From Gammaproteobacteria bacterium (GTDB taxonomy: Bacteria; Pseudomonadota; Gammaproteobacteria; JAJDYQ01), in assembly GCA_965214035.1 (NCBI GenBank), contig OZ243932.1, forward strand, positions 1,857,260 through 1,921,259: a stretch of 64,000 bases of DNA, written 5' to 3'. Positions 10,811 to 20,550 of the stretch are shown piece after piece (position 1 is the first letter of the stretch; each line of letters begins with the position of its first letter). The translations under genes were made by a program, and so were the position numbers. The notes below the pieces were generated by a model, which saw nothing but the letters and a program-made list of their open reading frames with translations, was not told the DNA's origin and did not search any database.

Positions 10811-11686
10811 TTAACGACAGATACGTAGTGACAAATCAACCGCCGCGACATTCTTCGTGATACTGCCGGACGATAGATAATTGACCCCTGTTTCCGCCAC
10901 CGCCGCGACATTATCCGACGTGATGCCCCCCGAAGCCTCCAGCTGACAACGACCTCGATTGAAGCGGCAAGCGGCTTTCAGTTGCTCGACAGAAAAATTA
11001 TCCAGCAGAATTCGGTCCGGTTCAGCCGCCACAGCCTGCTTGAACTCGTTCATATTCTCAACTTCCACCTCGACAAACATCCCGGGAAATCGCCCACGGG
11101 CAGCAAGCACGGCCCCACGAACCGACCCGACCGCCGCGATATGATTTTCCTTGATTAAAATGGCATCAAACAGTCCCATGCGATGATTCGACCCCCCTCC
11201 GCAGCGCACAGCATACTTCTGAGCACTGCGCAGGCCGGGAATGGTTTTGCGGGTATCGAGCACGACACAGCCAGTATGCGAGATCGCCCTGACACAGTGG
11301 CGGGTTGCAGTAGCGGTAGCTGACAACAACTGCACAAAATTCAAGGCAGTACGCTCACCGGACAGCAAGCCGGAAACCGACCCATGAATCGAGCACAACA
11401 CATCATTTACCGAGATGGCGGCACCATCGTGATATTGCCAGCTCACCACAATGTCAGGATCAAGCTGCCGGAAAACCTCATCAAACCAGACCGTACCGCA
11501 CAAAACCGCATCCTGTCGACAAACCACACGGGCCTCAGCAGAGCTGGTCTTGAGCAAAGCAGCCGTTTTATCACCATCGCCGACATCCTCGCGCAGCGCA
11601 GCACGGACGACCGAAACAATATCGTGAGGCAGGGCAGCGTGAAAATCAACAGCATCCGGCGGACTTGACATAAAAATGGACCTCAA
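10811..11686 (-). CDS. nadC: nicotinate-nucleotide pyrophosphorylase (quinolinate PRTase)
   Basis: 291 aa; QPRTase family conservation. Confidence 0.85.
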   Translation of the reverse strand: MRSIFMSSPPDAVDFHAALPHDIVSVVRAALREDVGDGDKTAALLKTSSAEARVVCRQDAVLCGTVWFDEVFRQLDPDIVVSWQYHDGAAISVNDVLCSIHGSVSGLLSGERTALNFVQLLSATATATRHCVRAISHTGCVVLDTRKTIPGLRSAQKYAVRCGGGSNHRMGLFDAILIKENHIAAVGSVRGAVLAARGRFPGMFVEVEVENMNEFKQAVAAEPDRILLDNFSVEQLKAACRFNRGRCQLEASGGITSDNVAAVAETGVNYLSSGSITKNVAAVDLSLRICR

Positions 11687-11919
11687 AAAATCGAATGGTC
11701 CGGTATATTACAACGATTAACAAGATACCATTGACCGACTGATCTGATTGACCAAAAAACCATCTGCCACATCCTGTTATTGAGCAGACCGGCGGAATAA
11801 TGTTATGCTTTCGGGGCCTGTCAAGCCCAGCCTAACCGCTCGCATTTGAGGTCAGGAATCAATACACTGTACTGCCATCACCCACAGGTACTTTTTAGCG
11901 TAAGAACTGAGGAAATCCC

Positions 11920-12243
11920 ATGACATTCGTTGTCCTAGAAGACTGCATTATGTGCAAACACACAGATTGCGTCGAGGTCTGCCCTGTGGACTGCTTCCAT
12001 GAAGGCCCTAATTTTCTGGTCATTGATCCAGATGAGTGTATTGATTGTACGTTGTGTGAACCGGAGTGCCCTGTCGATGCCATTGTTTCGGAAGATGACC
12101 TGCCACCGGAGCAAGAGCATTTTCTTAAGCTCAATGCAGAATTATCCCAAGTATGGCCGGTTATCAACCAAATGAAGGAATCCCTGCCAAATGCAGAGGA
12201 TTGGCAGGGCAAGCCTGATAAATTGAAGCTGCTGGAACGGTAG
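11920..12243 (+). CDS. fdxA: 4Fe-4S ferredoxin (FdxA type)
   Basis: 107 aa; two Cys clusters CxxxCVEVCP and [12 protein letters not shown]. Confidence 0.8.
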   Translation: MTFVVLEDCIMCKHTDCVEVCPVDCFHEGPNFLVIDPDECIDCTLCEPECPVDAIVSEDDLPPEQEHFLKLNAELSQVWPVINQMKESLPNAEDWQGKPDKLKLLER

Positions 12244-12260
12244 CCATTGCAGGTAGTGTA

Positions 12261-13124
12261 ATGGTTGATTCATCCTGCATCTTTGAGGGAACTGTCGAGA
12301 ATTTCCAACAACTGGTCATCGAAGGTTCAAATAAACGCCCCGTCCTCGTTGACTTCTGGGCGGCATGGTGTGGCCCCTGTCAGATGCTGCTGCCTGTTGT
12401 GACCGGGCTTGCCGAGGAGTATCAGAGTAAATTTCATCTGGTCAAGGTGAATTCCGATGAGCAACAGGAGCTCGCTGCTCAGTTTGGAGTTCGCAGCCTG
12501 CCCACTTTAAAGCTCTTTTGCGATGGCAAGATCGTCGAAGACATCATGGGATTACAGCCGGAAACCGTTTTACGGGAGTTACTCGATCCGTATATTGAAC
12601 GGGAGTCTGATCAGATGGTGCAGGAGGCCATGTTGCTGGCCGAGCAGAATAATTTCGAGCAGGCAAAAGACCTGCTGGCACAAGCCATGCAGGATGACCC
12701 TGAAAACAAGCGTGTGCCACTGGCTCTGGCACGATTGGCCATGATGACGAGGCACCATGCAGAGGCAGAGAAAATAATTCTGGAGTTACCTCACGACCAG
12801 CGCGACAGTGATGAAGTAAAAGAGCTCAGGGCCAAAATTCAATTTACTGCCATCGTGCAGGATTGCCCGAAACCAGATGAACTGGAACGGAAGATTGCGA
12901 CAGATCCGAACGATTTTGAAAGCCGTTATCAGCTCTCTGCCTGGCGGGTACTTGAGGGCAATTATGAGGCCGCTCTGCAACAACTGCTTGAAATTATAAA
13001 AAATGATCAAAGCTGGAATGAAGAGGCTGGACGCAAAGGCATGTTGACTGTTTTTGATTTGCTCGGCAGTGAGGATGAGCTGGTCGCCCGCTATCGCCGT
13101 CAGATGTTCAATCTTCTCCACTAA
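12261..13124 (+). CDS. thioredoxin-domain plus TPR co-chaperone (YbbN/CnoX-like)
   Basis: 287 aa; WCGPC thioredoxin motif followed by TPR-like C-terminus. Confidence 0.7.
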   Translation: MVDSSCIFEGTVENFQQLVIEGSNKRPVLVDFWAAWCGPCQMLLPVVTGLAEEYQSKFHLVKVNSDEQQELAAQFGVRSLPTLKLFCDGKIVEDIMGLQPETVLRELLDPYIERESDQMVQEAMLLAEQNNFEQAKDLLAQAMQDDPENKRVPLALARLAMMTRHHAEAEKIILELPHDQRDSDEVKELRAKIQFTAIVQDCPKPDELERKIATDPNDFESRYQLSAWRVLEGNYEAALQQLLEIIKNDQSWNEEAGRKGMLTVFDLLGSEDELVARYRRQMFNLLH

Positions 13125-13152
13125 AAAGACTATTCCAAATAATTCGGATTTT

Positions 13153-15075
13153 ATGGTCATACAAAAGCTGACATTTATTTTTATCGTTCTGGCACCACTT
13201 GTTACACCGATTGGCTATAACGGTGCGATGATGCCTGACTTGTACCGCGGAGCTTATTTCCAAATCGGCATTTTATTTTTAGTAGCACTGTGGTTTTTTC
13301 AGCAGATCAATCTGAAAAAAAGACAAATTATCCGCAGCCATGTTGAGATACCGATTCTGCTTTTTCTGGCATGGGCAACGCTCAGTTTATTATGGGTTGA
13401 CGATTATTTTGAGGCGTTCAAATTATTGACTATATGGTGGTGTGCAGGGCTGCTTTATTTTCTGGTCACTCAGACATTCAGAGATCGACGGTCAATTGAA
13501 ACACTATCAATGGGTATTATCATATCAGGATTTCTTGTCTCATTGCTGGGAGTGAGCCAGCATTTATTTGACCTGGATTGGATAGCACAAACAGTTAAAC
13601 CGGCCGCCACTTTCGGCAATAAAAATATGGCGGTGCATTTTCTGGTCATGGTGATCCCCTTGAGCATCGGCTTATTATTGCATGTCCGGCAGAAAAATCA
13701 ACAAATGATTATCGCTGCCTGCCTGCTTCCAATGATGCTGTTTCTGTTTTATGCAAATAGCCGGGCAGGCCTTTTAGCTCTGTTAGCGGAGATAGCTTTA
13801 TTCGCTTTATTTATACTAAAAAACAGAAAGAACAGACTGCGTAGTACACACTATATTGTCGTTATCGCCGCTATTCTTATTCCTTTTCTCATCGCAGGTT
13901 TTAGTTATCGGTCTATTGAATTCTCTGATCGTTTTAGCCAAGTATATAAGAAGCTATCAAAGGATTATCGATATGCAAATCCACGTGTCTCCATGTGGAT
14001 GAATACTCTGGCAATGGCTAAAGATAATCCTGCTCTGGGGGTTGGTGCGGGCAACTGGCGTATTCATTATCCTCATTATCTGGACAGCGCTGTACGGGAT
14101 AGATCTGTGAACGAAGCCCGCATGCATCAACATGCCCATAATGACTGGCTGGAAATTCTTTCGAGCCTTGGTATTGTTGGTATTGTCCTGCTGATTTGGA
14201 TTATGTTTATGATAGGGCGGCCTGTTTATCGTCACTTGAGCCGTCATCAGGATTTTTTGGTATTAGGGCTACTGGCAGGCTTGGTGGGTCTATTAGTTGA
14301 CGGTTTTTTTACCTTTCCTTTGAAATTGGCTATAGCCCCTATTATGCTGGCTGTTTTTATTGCATTGCTGGCCGCACTGACTCAATCCGATCAAAACAAA
14401 CAGATGCTTCCGTTACCGTTACCATTAGCCGTTGTTGCAATGTCACTTTTTCTACTATCAGGTGTCTGGAGCATGGTGAAGAACGGTCAGCACTTGAAAG
14501 CGCAGGTTCATTACAGTAATTCTCTAGTGTATCAAAGAGATGGTTTATATAATCGCGCAAAAATAGAATCTGTTAAATCGGTTAACTTGAACCCTGGTCA
14601 GGCATTGTATCGTTTTACTTTGTCAGCCGTATTACTCAGACTAAAAGAATATAATGATGCAATCAGACATGGTTCATTAATTCTGGAGAAAAGGCCATAT
14701 CATTTTCCAACGATCGCTGTTATGGCACAGGCTTTTTTGGCAGCCCAAAGGCAGGATGAGGCGCTGGAGTATCTGGAGCGTTTAGCGGGAATCATGAAAA
14801 CACACAAACTGGCACAACGCTGGCTGCCTGTTTTATATGCCCAGAAAACAAAAGAGCAGATCACTCGGCAGGATTATCTGTCGCTTGAGCAGACCTACAG
14901 AAAATGGGCGGATATTACTCCAACTGCCAATATCTATCAGAATTTAGCTGTTATTTTATACAACCATCTGAATCGCCGGGAAGAGGGAGTTAAGTATTTT
15001 CAGAAAGCGCTAAACCTTGACCCCAATCTACCTCAGGCAGAACGCGTAAGAGCATTAATTCAGCGCCATAAGTAA
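13153..15075 (+). CDS. O-antigen ligase (Wzy_C)-like polytopic membrane protein with C-terminal TPR repeats
   Basis: About 640 aa from MVIQKLTF; >10 TM helices, Wzy_C-like loop (HAHNDWLEIL), TPR tail. Confidence 0.6.
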   Translation: MVIQKLTFIFIVLAPLVTPIGYNGAMMPDLYRGAYFQIGILFLVALWFFQQINLKKRQIIRSHVEIPILLFLAWATLSLLWVDDYFEAFKLLTIWWCAGLLYFLVTQTFRDRRSIETLSMGIIISGFLVSLLGVSQHLFDLDWIAQTVKPAATFGNKNMAVHFLVMVIPLSIGLLLHVRQKNQQMIIAACLLPMMLFLFYANSRAGLLALLAEIALFALFILKNRKNRLRSTHYIVVIAAILIPFLIAGFSYRSIEFSDRFSQVYKKLSKDYRYANPRVSMWMNTLAMAKDNPALGVGAGNWRIHYPHYLDSAVRDRSVNEARMHQHAHNDWLEILSSLGIVGIVLLIWIMFMIGRPVYRHLSRHQDFLVLGLLAGLVGLLVDGFFTFPLKLAIAPIMLAVFIALLAALTQSDQNKQMLPLPLPLAVVAMSLFLLSGVWSMVKNGQHLKAQVHYSNSLVYQRDGLYNRAKIESVKSVNLNPGQALYRFTLSAVLLRLKEYNDAIRHGSLILEKRPYHFPTIAVMAQAFLAAQRQDEALEYLERLAGIMKTHKLAQRWLPVLYAQKTKEQITRQDYLSLEQTYRKWADITPTANIYQNLAVILYNHLNRREEGVKYFQKALNLDPNLPQAERVRALIQRHK

Positions 15076-15162
15076 AACAGTAATAAACTGATTTCTGCCA
15101 GCAGAATCCAGGGATACAGACTGGTCAACGTCAGAGCCTTGCACCATGAACCTTCGCCATGG

Positions 15163-17055
15163 CTACTGGCTATTATCATTTATTAATTTTCGCATGATTT
15201 CCGCTTGATGAATATCAGGATTAAGCTCAAGAGCAATTTTCAAATGTTTGATCGCTTCTCTGGGCTGTTTCAAGTTATTAAGATATAAAACGCCGATATT
15301 TTTATGGGCTTTAGCCCAGTCAGGGTAAATTTTCAAGCTGCTTAAATATGTTTTTTCAGCACTTTCATAGTCGCCGTGTGCAATATATGCCTGAGCAAAA
15401 AAAGACATTGTATTAATATTATAGGGTGCCAGACTCAATGCCTGATTAAAATATCTTATTGCCTCCCGGGTCTGGCCCAGATGCATTTTTGCCTGACCGA
15501 TGTAAGCTGATATGCGTGTTCTATCGGGATTCAATCTATAAGACTGAAGGGCGACCTTGTGTAACTGCGGCCAATTCCTTTTGCGCTCCAGAACCTCTGC
15601 CTGAAAATACAAGTCCTCAGCTTTGATATGTCGGAGATTATTGTAAAAATAATAGATGCTGAAAACAAAACCAATGATACCAATAAGCATCGTTAGTTTT
15701 TTAGGCAATCTATAAAAGCCATCAGTTTTTATATTTTTATCTTCCCTGACAGCTTGATTGTCGGCAAATACAATAATGGCCAAATAAACCATAATGATTA
15801 CAGGTGGCAAATACATCGACAATGGAAAGCTAAACCCGGCATTTATTGAAAATCCAGTTAATGCCAGAATTAAAGACAGCGTTAAATAGTGCATCGCATG
15901 ATTTGGGTTTTTCAAAATAGGCCACATCTTTTTAATAATCCAAAAAGCCACTATAAGAAGCACTGAAAAACCAACAACTCCCAGCTCGCTTAATATGGTT
16001 AAATAGTCATTATGGGCGTTCTTGGTCTGACTTTCTTCTGTAAATGTATACCCCTCGGCTACACGATTATGATAAAGCGGATAGTAAATATCCCAGTTAG
16101 CCAGCCCTGTTCCTGATATTGGCCTGTCATAAATCATGGCCAGTGTATTTTGCCACGCATTGACTCTGAGAATGATACTTCCTCCTCTTTCTTCAAGTAT
16201 AGACTCCGTGAATTTATCTCTATTGTTGTATATAAAAAAGGCACTCAAAACTATCAATATTCCGAACACCACTGACAGGCTATGCTTTATTTTGGGGTCT
16301 TTTGAGACAAATCGTGTGGCCTGAAAGACGAGCAGCACGAGTATTTGCATTGAGAATGCCAGTATTCCAGCCCGTGTTTGGGTGAAATACAAATAAGTTA
16401 TCATTATAGATAAGCCAATTAAATACAATACCTGATCAGCTGTTTTCCGCGAGTCTATGGCAAGCCCTAATGCAAGTGGCAATGATAAAACTATGAAATG
16501 TATGGCCATATTTTTATTACCAAAAAAAGAAGCGGGTTTTCTGGCCTGTCGAATAGCTGTAAAATCAAATAGTTCCTGTAAAATGCCAACAAAAGCTACT
16601 ACTACGCCACTTATGAAAATTGACAACAAAAGCTTTGTTACATCTTGTTTATCCTGCAGCGTGTTTAGCACCAGAATAAATATAAAAAAAGCCATTAAAT
16701 ATTGCATCCATAAGATCATTGCATTATGTATATTATGCGCCCAGCTTATTGATATTAACGCCCAGATCAGAAATATAATACCCAGGTAATTAATAGGCGT
16801 TTTGATGATATGGCAATGCCCTTGAGAGCCATTATTTATGAAATAGAGACTCAGCAACAAAATAACGAAGGGACTGGATAGCAGGTACTTAAACAAATGC
16901 GGTTCCAGCAACAGGCCATCTTTCAGGGGTGCCAGCAATGGCAACAAAAATAGCCCTGCTGCCAGAATATTGATAAATGCTTTTCTAGTCATTTGCACTT
17001 CCGGGCTTATGCAGATAACGGGAACTGGCAATAGTATTCCACCGAGGTTGCTCAC
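15163..17055 (-). CDS. O-antigen ligase (Wzy_C)-like polytopic membrane protein with C-terminal TPR repeats (paralog, convergent)
   Basis: 630 aa; same architecture (NAHNDYLTIL loop, TPR tail); start may be at MTRKAF (16992). Confidence 0.6.
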   Translation of the reverse strand: MSNLGGILLPVPVICISPEVQMTRKAFINILAAGLFLLPLLAPLKDGLLLEPHLFKYLLSSPFVILLLSLYFINNGSQGHCHIIKTPINYLGIIFLIWALISISWAHNIHNAMILWMQYLMAFFIFILVLNTLQDKQDVTKLLLSIFISGVVVAFVGILQELFDFTAIRQARKPASFFGNKNMAIHFIVLSLPLALGLAIDSRKTADQVLYLIGLSIMITYLYFTQTRAGILAFSMQILVLLVFQATRFVSKDPKIKHSLSVVFGILIVLSAFFIYNNRDKFTESILEERGGSIILRVNAWQNTLAMIYDRPISGTGLANWDIYYPLYHNRVAEGYTFTEESQTKNAHNDYLTILSELGVVGFSVLLIVAFWIIKKMWPILKNPNHAMHYLTLSLILALTGFSINAGFSFPLSMYLPPVIIMVYLAIIVFADNQAVREDKNIKTDGFYRLPKKLTMLIGIIGFVFSIYYFYNNLRHIKAEDLYFQAEVLERKRNWPQLHKVALQSYRLNPDRTRISAYIGQAKMHLGQTREAIRYFNQALSLAPYNINTMSFFAQAYIAHGDYESAEKTYLSSLKIYPDWAKAHKNIGVLYLNNLKQPREAIKHLKIALELNPDIHQAEIMRKLINDNSQ

Positions 17056-17116
17056 TCAATACCATCATGGAGGAACGCAGGTGATGGCGGCACGATGGCA
17101 GTAGGGCTTGTTTTTG

Positions 17117-18481
17117 TCAGGCCTCAATACCGTCCGCACCCAATTCGGCATCTTCAGCTATGCGCGCTACTGTTCCTGTGGGATGCTTGTACCAACCCGG
17201 ATCCTTGTAGCTTGACAGCTTTTCTCTGACCTTGAATATGGTGAACAATCCACCCATTGTACCTTTACCATATTGCAGTGGCACACCTGCCATGGGGCGG
17301 GAATTTTCCGGCATATCCATCTGCATGAATGCCATGTCATACATGCCTTTTTCTCCCATGGGCATGTAGCCACCACCGATGACATTATTAATCTGCGATG
17401 TAAGACCAGCAATATCCATATCAATCATATTGGTCAGGCCATGCCCCATCTGGGTCATGGTATGATGAGTCATGTGGCAATGAGCAATCCAGTCTCCTGG
17501 CGCATCCGCGATAAACTCAATTTCGCGTGTCTGCCCTACCGCGACCAGCACCGAGGTTTCTGGCCATTGTGCGGATGCCGGAATACGCTCCCCGTCGGTA
17601 GCTGTTACCTTAAAGCGGTAACCATGAATGTGGAACGGATGGTGATCCATTGCCGACAGATTACCGATGCGCACGCGCACGCGCTGATTTTGTTTGATAA
17701 CCAGCGGTTCGGTGCCCGGAAACGACCGCCCATTCAGAGTTAGAACATTGAAATCAGTCATTTCATTCGGGTCAATTTTTCGTGTCCCGACTTCCAGTTT
17801 GTACTCATTCATCAACAGCACGAAGTCGCGGTCAACCTGATCGTCGGGCCCGGGATAACGTGGATGGACAATGAACATACCGGTGAGTCCCATGGCCTCC
17901 TGTGTCATGGTGTCGTAGTGTGCATGGTACATGAATGTGCCGAACTGGCGCAGCGTCCACTCATAGCGGAAGGTCTGACCGGGCTTTATAACCGGCTGGG
18001 TAACACCGGCCACGCCATCCATGCCGTTAGGTAAAAACAAGCCGTGCCAGTGTATCGTTGTGGGCACCTCCAGGTTATTGGTGACATAGATGCGGATGTG
18101 TTCACCTTCAACTGCCTCTATAACCGAGCTATTGATGCGACCATTATAGCCCCACATGTCCGCTTCCAGTCCCGGAGTGAACTCATGGGCAACCCTGCCA
18201 ACGGTAATATGAAACACCTTGACACCATTAACTATCCTGAATGGCATGGCTTCCCCATTGGGAACGATGACCGGGCGATAATGCTCACCCGGCAAACCCG
18301 GGGCCAGTGGTCTTGTATCCAACGGACCACCGCTGTATGACTTTTCCCAGCGTTTATAAACCACATCATCATCAATCAGGCTGGAAGCTATCGCAGGCTG
18401 ATTACCTGCGGTGGTGCCAGCCAGTGCTGCACCAGCCAGCGTTGTACCTTTGGTCAACAGACCTCGTCGTGTTATCTTCAT
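17117..18481 (-). CDS. multicopper oxidase (CopA/CueO-like), Tat-exported
   Basis: Twin-arginine signal MKITRRGLL; copper-binding HxH motifs (HWHG, HCHMTHH). Confidence 0.85.
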   Translation of the reverse strand: MKITRRGLLTKGTTLAGAALAGTTAGNQPAIASSLIDDDVVYKRWEKSYSGGPLDTRPLAPGLPGEHYRPVIVPNGEAMPFRIVNGVKVFHITVGRVAHEFTPGLEADMWGYNGRINSSVIEAVEGEHIRIYVTNNLEVPTTIHWHGLFLPNGMDGVAGVTQPVIKPGQTFRYEWTLRQFGTFMYHAHYDTMTQEAMGLTGMFIVHPRYPGPDDQVDRDFVLLMNEYKLEVGTRKIDPNEMTDFNVLTLNGRSFPGTEPLVIKQNQRVRVRIGNLSAMDHHPFHIHGYRFKVTATDGERIPASAQWPETSVLVAVGQTREIEFIADAPGDWIAHCHMTHHTMTQMGHGLTNMIDMDIAGLTSQINNVIGGGYMPMGEKGMYDMAFMQMDMPENSRPMAGVPLQYGKGTMGGLFTIFKVREKLSSYKDPGWYKHPTGTVARIAEDAELGADGIEA

Positions 18482-18482
18482 A

Positions 18483-19925
18483 TTAATGTCCTCCTTCATC
18501 AGCGCCGACCATGTCAATGGCTGCTGGGCCGGTCATATTTACCATTGTGACAGATCGACCGGCTAACAGTGTTTCCAGATCAGCTCTTGCCACCCAGTAG
18601 TCGCTTAACGCATTTACAAATCGCTGATAGCCATCTATCTGTTTTTCATGGGCCCTTAACAACCTGAATACATCAATCTGCATGGCATTATAGTTCAGTA
18701 ATGCAAAGTCTTTGATACGACGATTGAGCGGCAGGATAGTATCGACATATTGCTCAACCATCTCTCGGCTGAAACGCAGACGGTCCACCAGTAATCGTGC
18801 ATTGCTGCGTATGGAAGCCTTCTTGGCCGCATAAGTGGTCATGATCTGTTGTATCTGCGCCTCTGCACGGGCACGTCTGGCAAAGCCCGGATCGAAGACC
18901 GGCACTTTGAATTCAACAATCGGCCCGTCTTTCCAGTGACCGCTGTCTTCGCGATCCCAAGCATAGCCGAGTTCCAGATCATTGACTATAGACTCAATGT
19001 TTTCCACGCCGGCCTGATCAGCAATAGCCTGTATGTTATGCCTGAGCATGGCCAGATCGAGATTGCTATCGACTATGCGCTGCTCAATATCGGCCAGCTC
19101 AATGGCCTTAACAGGCAAGGGATTCAGACCACCCTCGATAACCCATCGGGCCTGGTCGCCGATCGTGCCCATCAGCTGGTCCAGCTTCTCACGACTGATA
19201 CGCGTCGCCATCTGTGCTTCGGCAAGAGCGAGATCGGCCTCGCTGTTCTGTAATTGAAAGCTGTCAAAAGTACCCTTATTGATATTGCCGATTCTGTGTA
19301 ATCGGGTTGCGGTTTCCAGTGCGGCCGCTGCCGATGCTCTGAATTCCTCAAACACACTCTCTATCTGCTGTGCCGTTTGTACAGCATAGAAAGCCTTGCG
19401 TGTTGCGGCAGCATGATCGAGTATGCTCGTAATAATCTGCTGTTTAGTAACCTCGTATTGTTGTGCAGCCACTTTCTTCCTCAATGGAATAAGCAAAATA
19501 TCAAGGAATGCAAAACGTAATTCTATATCCAGCGCACCACCTGATTCGCCACTCTCACGCGGCTTTAAGCGGGTCAGTTCCAGCACCGGGTTCTTCAACA
19601 GGCCCGCCTGTGCCAGATCAGCTTGAGATATGCCCAAGTCAGCATATTTCGCTTGCAGAGACTGATTGTTTAACAGAGCGATCTGAGTGGCCGACTTCGC
19701 AGTCAGCGGTTGTGCCAGCATTTTACTCACAGATTCTTTTACCCGGACATCTTCGACTCCTCCGGCATCCCAGTGCACATGGACGCCGAGCCGTTGTTTG
19801 ATATCAGCTGAAACCTCACCAAAGCCCTGTTGGGGATTGATGACGGCACAGCCGACCGCCAGCAGGCTGAGTGCTATAGGCAAAATAAATTTTTTGATGG
19901 GCATCTTTATCTCCTGACTAGACAT
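18483..19925 (-). CDS. TolC-family outer membrane efflux protein (CusC-like)
   Basis: 480 aa; lipoprotein-like signal with Cys; OEP repeats; adjacent to MCO. Confidence 0.8.
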   Translation of the reverse strand: MSSQEIKMPIKKFILPIALSLLAVGCAVINPQQGFGEVSADIKQRLGVHVHWDAGGVEDVRVKESVSKMLAQPLTAKSATQIALLNNQSLQAKYADLGISQADLAQAGLLKNPVLELTRLKPRESGESGGALDIELRFAFLDILLIPLRKKVAAQQYEVTKQQIITSILDHAAATRKAFYAVQTAQQIESVFEEFRASAAAALETATRLHRIGNINKGTFDSFQLQNSEADLALAEAQMATRISREKLDQLMGTIGDQARWVIEGGLNPLPVKAIELADIEQRIVDSNLDLAMLRHNIQAIADQAGVENIESIVNDLELGYAWDREDSGHWKDGPIVEFKVPVFDPGFARRARAEAQIQQIMTTYAAKKASIRSNARLLVDRLRFSREMVEQYVDTILPLNRRIKDFALLNYNAMQIDVFRLLRAHEKQIDGYQRFVNALSDYWVARADLETLLAGRSVTMVNMTGPAAIDMVGADEGGH

Positions 19926-19982
19926 TCAATACCAGCTCCCTCCGGGGGCTGGCCAATACCGGAACCAGACCGGCAGATTAAA

Positions 19983-20345
19983 TCAGGAAATACGAGGAGG
20001 TTTGAACAGGCTCTTGTGTGGTATGGACTTTATAGCTTCATGCCTTGTCTGAGGCTGTGGATATATGGCATGTTGCAGAGGGATGGCAACTTCATCAAAA
20101 GAGGCCATGGATACAAAGCAGTGCGTACAGCTATACGGTGAAACCGGTGTGCCATCACAACAATCATGGGTATTTCCTGCCTGTCGGCTTTGCTCATAAA
20201 GAATGGCTTTGGAGCGCTTATGACAGGGAGATTGGTTCGCCTCTGTATCCGCAGAGACAGCAAAAGCCAGTCCCGGCAGGGGCAGCAATAATACGGCTAC
20301 AGCCGTCAGGTACAATAATACTCTGGGCAATCGTGGGTTAGTCAT
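19983..20345 (-). CDS. small secreted Cys/His-rich protein (possible metal-binding)
   Basis: 120 aa from MTNPRLPRV; signal peptide ...GLAFA; mature part contains CH, HDCCDG and CTHC. Confidence 0.4.
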   Translation of the reverse strand: MTNPRLPRVLLYLTAVAVLLLPLPGLAFAVSADTEANQSPCHKRSKAILYEQSRQAGNTHDCCDGTPVSPYSCTHCFVSMASFDEVAIPLQHAIYPQPQTRHEAIKSIPHKSLFKPPRIS

Positions 20346-20423
20346 GATGAAACTTAAGATGAACCCGGAGACAAAAAGTTCAGAACTATATGAGTCTGGA
20401 AACTTCCAGCACCAGGAGTTGAA

Positions 20424-20500
20424 TGGTGGCCCCTCCAGGACTTGAACCTGGGACCAATCGATTATGAGTCGACTGCTCTGACCAGCTGAGCTAAGGGGCC
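20424..20500 (-). tRNA. ileX: tRNA-Ile2 (anticodon CAU, lysidine type) with encoded CCA
   Basis: Cloverleaf GGCCCCTTAGCTCAG...GTCGACTCATAATCGAT...GGTTCAAGTCC...GGGGCCACCA; close to E. coli ileX; immediately downstream of rpoD. Confidence 0.85.
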
Positions 20501-20550
20501 GGATAATCGTACATGCCACTCTAAAAGCACATGCCTTATCGGCCAGACCT

